Shown: piece by piece, positions 9,330 to 12,390 of the stretch
Numbering within the stretch: position 1 is the stretch's first letter
How the letters are laid out: each line of letters begins with the position of its first letter
NCBI RefSeq assembly: GCF_006345805.1
Contig: NW_021826581.1
Location: forward strand, 1 to 12,390
DNA: 12,390 nt
DNA from: Octopus sinensis
Lineage: Eukaryota
Direction of reading: 5' to 3'
Notes under the pieces: model-generated
Told to the model about the DNA's origin: nothing
The model's database searches: none
Seen by the model: the letters and a program-made list of their open reading frames with translations, nothing else
Translations under genes and position numbers: made by a program

Positions 9330-9536
9330 AAATGTGACCTCGTGTGTACCGTTAGCGATTTTTTTCCTCTGTCTTCCCTTCTCTGATTCTTTCCTTCTCC
9401 TATGTTTCCGACGAAGAGCTCCGCTCGAAACGTTAAACCCTTCTTCTTCCCTTCCTTCCTGAGAGTCCAATAATACTATATTTGTTCCACGTCCTCGCGT
9501 TGTTGTGTTTTTTTGTGCTTTCTTGTTTGGATTAAC
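9330..9536 (+). mobile_element. About 200-bp pyrimidine-rich unit between two (TA)n tracts, carrying a hammerhead-like motif (possible Penelope-like terminal-repeat fragment)
   Basis: Bounded by (TA)n at 9308-9329 and 9537-9574, and contains the motif at 9404-9438. Its status as a repeat family is inferred; only one copy is in the window. Confidence 0.5.
9404..9438 (+). ncRNA. Minimal type I hammerhead-ribozyme-like motif (U4C variant)
   Basis: GTTT-CCGACGA-A-GAGC-TCC-GCTC-GAAA-CGT-T-AAAC: stem I GTTT/AAAC, stem II GAGC/GCTC, palindromic stem III ACGT. Confidence 0.5.
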
Positions 9537-9569
<33 letters not shown>

Positions 9570-9720
9570 TATATTAAGAAAACGGAGAAAGAATATATTG
9601 TGGATACTTATTTTATTTGTATCACAATAAAAACACAGCAAATATTTAATACAAATAAAATTTAAAGGAACGTCAACTGACATAAAATAAGAATAAAAGG
9701 TGCCAACAGACGTTTCAATT

Positions 9721-9832
9721 TGGTCACTACGCAAATAGTGCTTCTGATCTGAAGGATTCGAACCATGTCCACCTACAACTCTTAACATGGTTCGAGTCCT
9801 GTGGATAAGAAGCACTGTTTACCTAGTGACCA
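9721..9832. mobile_element. 112-bp MITE-like hairpin, 48-bp imperfect inverted arms (9721-9768 / 9785-9832), 16-nt loop
   Basis: TGGTCACTACGCAAATAGTGCTTCT matches the reverse complement TGGTCACTAGGTAAACAGTGCTTCT at 22/25. The inner AGGATTCGAACCATGT pairs with ACATGGTTCGAGTCCT, which contains a B-box-like GGTTCGAGTCC. Confidence 0.7.
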
Positions 9833-10058
9833 GATAGGGCGAAAACGACCTGTACATTTATTTGGACTCATATCCCCCCCCCCGTGTATTGTGTTGACGA
9901 AGGAAGAAGGCTTATTTATTATTATTATTATTTTTGCTTTTTTTTTGCTTTAATCCAGAAATTGGAACCAATTCACAATTAACGTGAGGTCTTTTTTATT
10001 TTCTTTCACCAGCCTGCTTTCATCCATATATATATTTAGCTGGAGTCTTTGGTAGTTT

Positions 10059-10097
<39 letters not shown>

Positions 10098-10100
<3 letters not shown>

Positions 10101-10651
10101 ATAATATAGGGTGAAATTAATTAATTTGGAATATCATTAATTACACAACCAGGAATTTCGGCATGTAAAAGCCTCATTCGAGGAAAGTTTAAGTAATACT
10201 AAGTAATTAAGGGTTTAGCAACGAATTGCCTCACCACACACCGAATTTAGAAATAGCAGTCAAAAAGTTATAGCTATTCTTTCTACTAAAAGGGAGATCT
10301 CAGTAAAAACACAGCACTTGAAAGGCAAACACAGACAGGTAAGAGAGAATGAAATGACGGCTATCTATCATACAATTTTAAGTCACCTACGGACGTACGT
10401 TTCGAAATTAAGTTTTAGGAAAGCATAAGAATTAGATAATTCTTATGCTTTCCTAAAACTTAATTTCGAAATTGTATGATAGATTGCCGTCATTTCATTC
10501 TCTCTTACCTGTCTGTGTTTGCCTTTCAAGTGCTGTGTTTTTACTGAGATCTCCCTTTTAGTAGAAAGAATAGCCATAACTTTTTGACTGCTATTTCTAA
10601 ATTCGGTTGTGTGTGAGGCAATTCGTTGCTAAACCCTTAATTACTTAGTAC
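10098..10651. mobile_element. Foldback element in (TA)n containing a 454-bp near-perfect palindrome (10197-10650)
   Basis: Outer arms 10197-10376 / 10471-10650 (180 bp, about 4 differences). Inner arms 10401-10434 / 10437-10470 (34 bp, perfect, 2-nt centre). A 24-nt left-only segment lies at 10377-10400. (TA)n lies at 10064-10097 and 10652-10696. Confidence 0.88.
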
Positions 10652-10900
10652 TATATATATATATATATATATATATCTATATATTATATATATATATTGG
10701 AAGGTTTGGAGATGATGTACAGGTATTATATCTTAGAAGAAATGAGGTAATCAGAAGATCGGATGTTGTATTTCATATTTATATTTATTTATATATTACA
10801 TTTTTACATATATATATCATATCATTCAGATCTATCATTCAGATCATTAGCGCTTTCTCCCATTCTAGTGGGGTTTTCAAATCAAAAAAACATTTTTTTT

Positions 10901-11582
10901 TTTGGAGTATCAAGAAGTACTGTCTCGAAAGTAATGACAGTCTTTGGAAAAAAGGGAAAACCTCTTCGTCGAAACAAAACCCGGAAGAAAACCAAAATGT
11001 TCAGATAGGAACCGTTGGACTCTTACGCGAATTGTTAGAAAGGATCACAATAGCACAGCTCCCCAAATTACTGCAGAGCTTAATGACCACCTCGAGAACC
11101 CAGGTTCCACAAAAACTGTTCACTGAGAGCTGCACAAAGCCGGATTTCACAGATGGGCTGCAATCAGAAAACCACTTCTTTCAAAAACAAATGTTACAAA
11201 GCGCTTAGAGTGGAGTAAAAACCAACAGAAATGGTCCCTAGAGCAGTGGAAGAATGTTATTTTCTCGGGCAAATCATCCTTTACCCTATTTCCGACCACC
11301 GACCGAGTACATGTGTGGAAAGAGCCAAAAGAAGCATTTGACCCAGATTACCTTCTTCCAATTGTTAAACATGGTGGAGGATCTGTGATGATCGGGGGTT
11401 GGTTTATATCTTGGAAATCCGCCGGCCCAATGGTTTCTGTCCATGGCAGAATTAATAGTCAAGACTATTTAAGCATTTTATCTGATCAAATTCATCCTAT
11501 GGTTGCGGAACTGTTTCCAGGGGGAAACACAATCTTTCAGAATGATAATGCACCAATTCATCCAGCTATTGTTATTGAATGG
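10901..11582 (+). mobile_element. Tc1-family (DD34E-type) transposase relic, truncated at both ends
   Basis: FGVSRSTVSKVM; PGRKPKCSDRNRWTLTRIVRK..TAPQITAELN; AAIRKPLLSKTNVTKRLEW..WKNVIFSGKSSF (decayed FSDESSF); VKHGGGSVMI; GRINSQDYLSIL; IFQNDNAPIH (decayed FQDDNAPIH). It ends before the third catalytic residue. Confidence 0.93.
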
Positions 11583-11583
11583 T

Positions 11584-12390
11584 ATTTATTATTATTATTT
11601 TTTTTAGTTTCAGCTCACAAGCTGTGGCCATGCTGGGGCACCGCCATTTGGTGTTGCTACATGATTTTACTTCACGAATGCTTTTTAGCAATTGCCATTT
11701 CGTGCATGAGAGAGTTCGATGCAGCTGCCCTCATCTGCACCTCCTGCCGTGAAGTTGGTTCATCTGGGACACCTGACAAGAAGAGATCCAGTTTTATTTT
11801 AAAGTCATCTGCATCCACCCCATGCAGGTCTCTTAGGTTCTTCGGGAGGATATTGAAGAGCTCGGAAGCCCAGGCTATCACAGTATATTGTCCTACATCT
11901 TGATGGCAAATTTGGAGTCCTTGGCATTATGCAGTGGCGCCCAGTTTTGGCATTTGTGTAACTCTCGATGCCAAAGTTTGGGACAAGTCCGTCTAGGATC
12001 TTCCAGATGTATATTATGGCATATCTTTCACGCCTACGTTCTAAGGAATAGAGTCTCAATCTCTTGAGTCTTTCCCAATAGCTTATATGCTGCACAGAGG
12101 CTATCTTCTTCGTGTAGCTTCGTTGGATCGCCTCAAGTTCTGTGATTAATTTGACACTGGATGGTGACCATAGCTGAGAGCAATAGTCAAAGTGGCTTAG
12201 GATAAGTGTCCTCCAGAGGACCATCATGGTTTCCTAGTCTCTTGTTCTAAAGGTTCTCAGAATCCATCGGGTTAGCCGCCTACATTTCATTGCCAATTTA
12301 GCAACATGCACATGAAAGGTTGCATCATCACTCATGTAAATACCCAGGGCTCGCACTGACTGTGCCTCTGGGATTGCAATCCCTCCAGGT
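11584..12390 (-). mobile_element. CR1-like LINE 3' portion: post-RT C-terminal ORF2, short 3' UTR and A/(TAA)n tail; runs off the window edge
   Basis: VRALGIYMSDDATFHVHV..CRRLTRWILRTFRTRD*ETMMVLWRTLILSHFDYCSQLWSP..LEAIQRSYTK..YWERLKRLRLYSLERRRERYAIIYIWKIL. There is a frameshift near 11865 into ELFNILPKNLR..FKIKLDLFLSGVPDEP, and a premature stop at 12234-12236. The tail is A9(TAA)n at 11584-11605. Confidence 0.93.

Noticed and set aside
9297-9815. 172-aa minus-strand ORF
   Set aside because: It runs across a hairpin element, a TA microsatellite and a pyrimidine-rich repeat, and shows no recognisable domain.
10155-10190. Minus-strand CGAATGA-GGC-TTTTACAT-GCC-GAAA-TTC, hammerhead-like
   Set aside because: The core lacks U4/G5 and no stem I can form.

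Overview
No host protein-coding gene can be supported. This is eukaryotic intronic or intergenic DNA made almost entirely of microsatellites and transposon relics. The SINE families and microsatellite load suggest an octopus (coleoid cephalopod) genome; this is inferred from recall, not a database search. Most six-frame ORFs are artefacts of (CA)n, (TACA)n, (GATA)n and (TA)n tracts. The window holds five tRNA-derived SINE copies from three families (two with clear target-site duplications), a decayed mariner split by a SINE, a 147-bp mini-mariner, a Penelope-like GIY-YIG endonuclease relic, and a Tc1 transposase relic cut off by a CR1-like LINE 3' end. The most unusual region is 7.2-10.9 kb. 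It has four foldback (inverted-repeat) elements, several set in (TA)n, and four minimal hammerhead-ribozyme-like motifs. Two motifs carry a U3-A8 core, and one sits in a 454-bp near-perfect palindrome that appears to have lost its CUGANGA strand. Separately, the LINE and one SINE family share a 39-nt 3' end whose terminal stem-loop shows compensatory changes. All ribozyme calls are manual and need covariance-model and cleavage tests.
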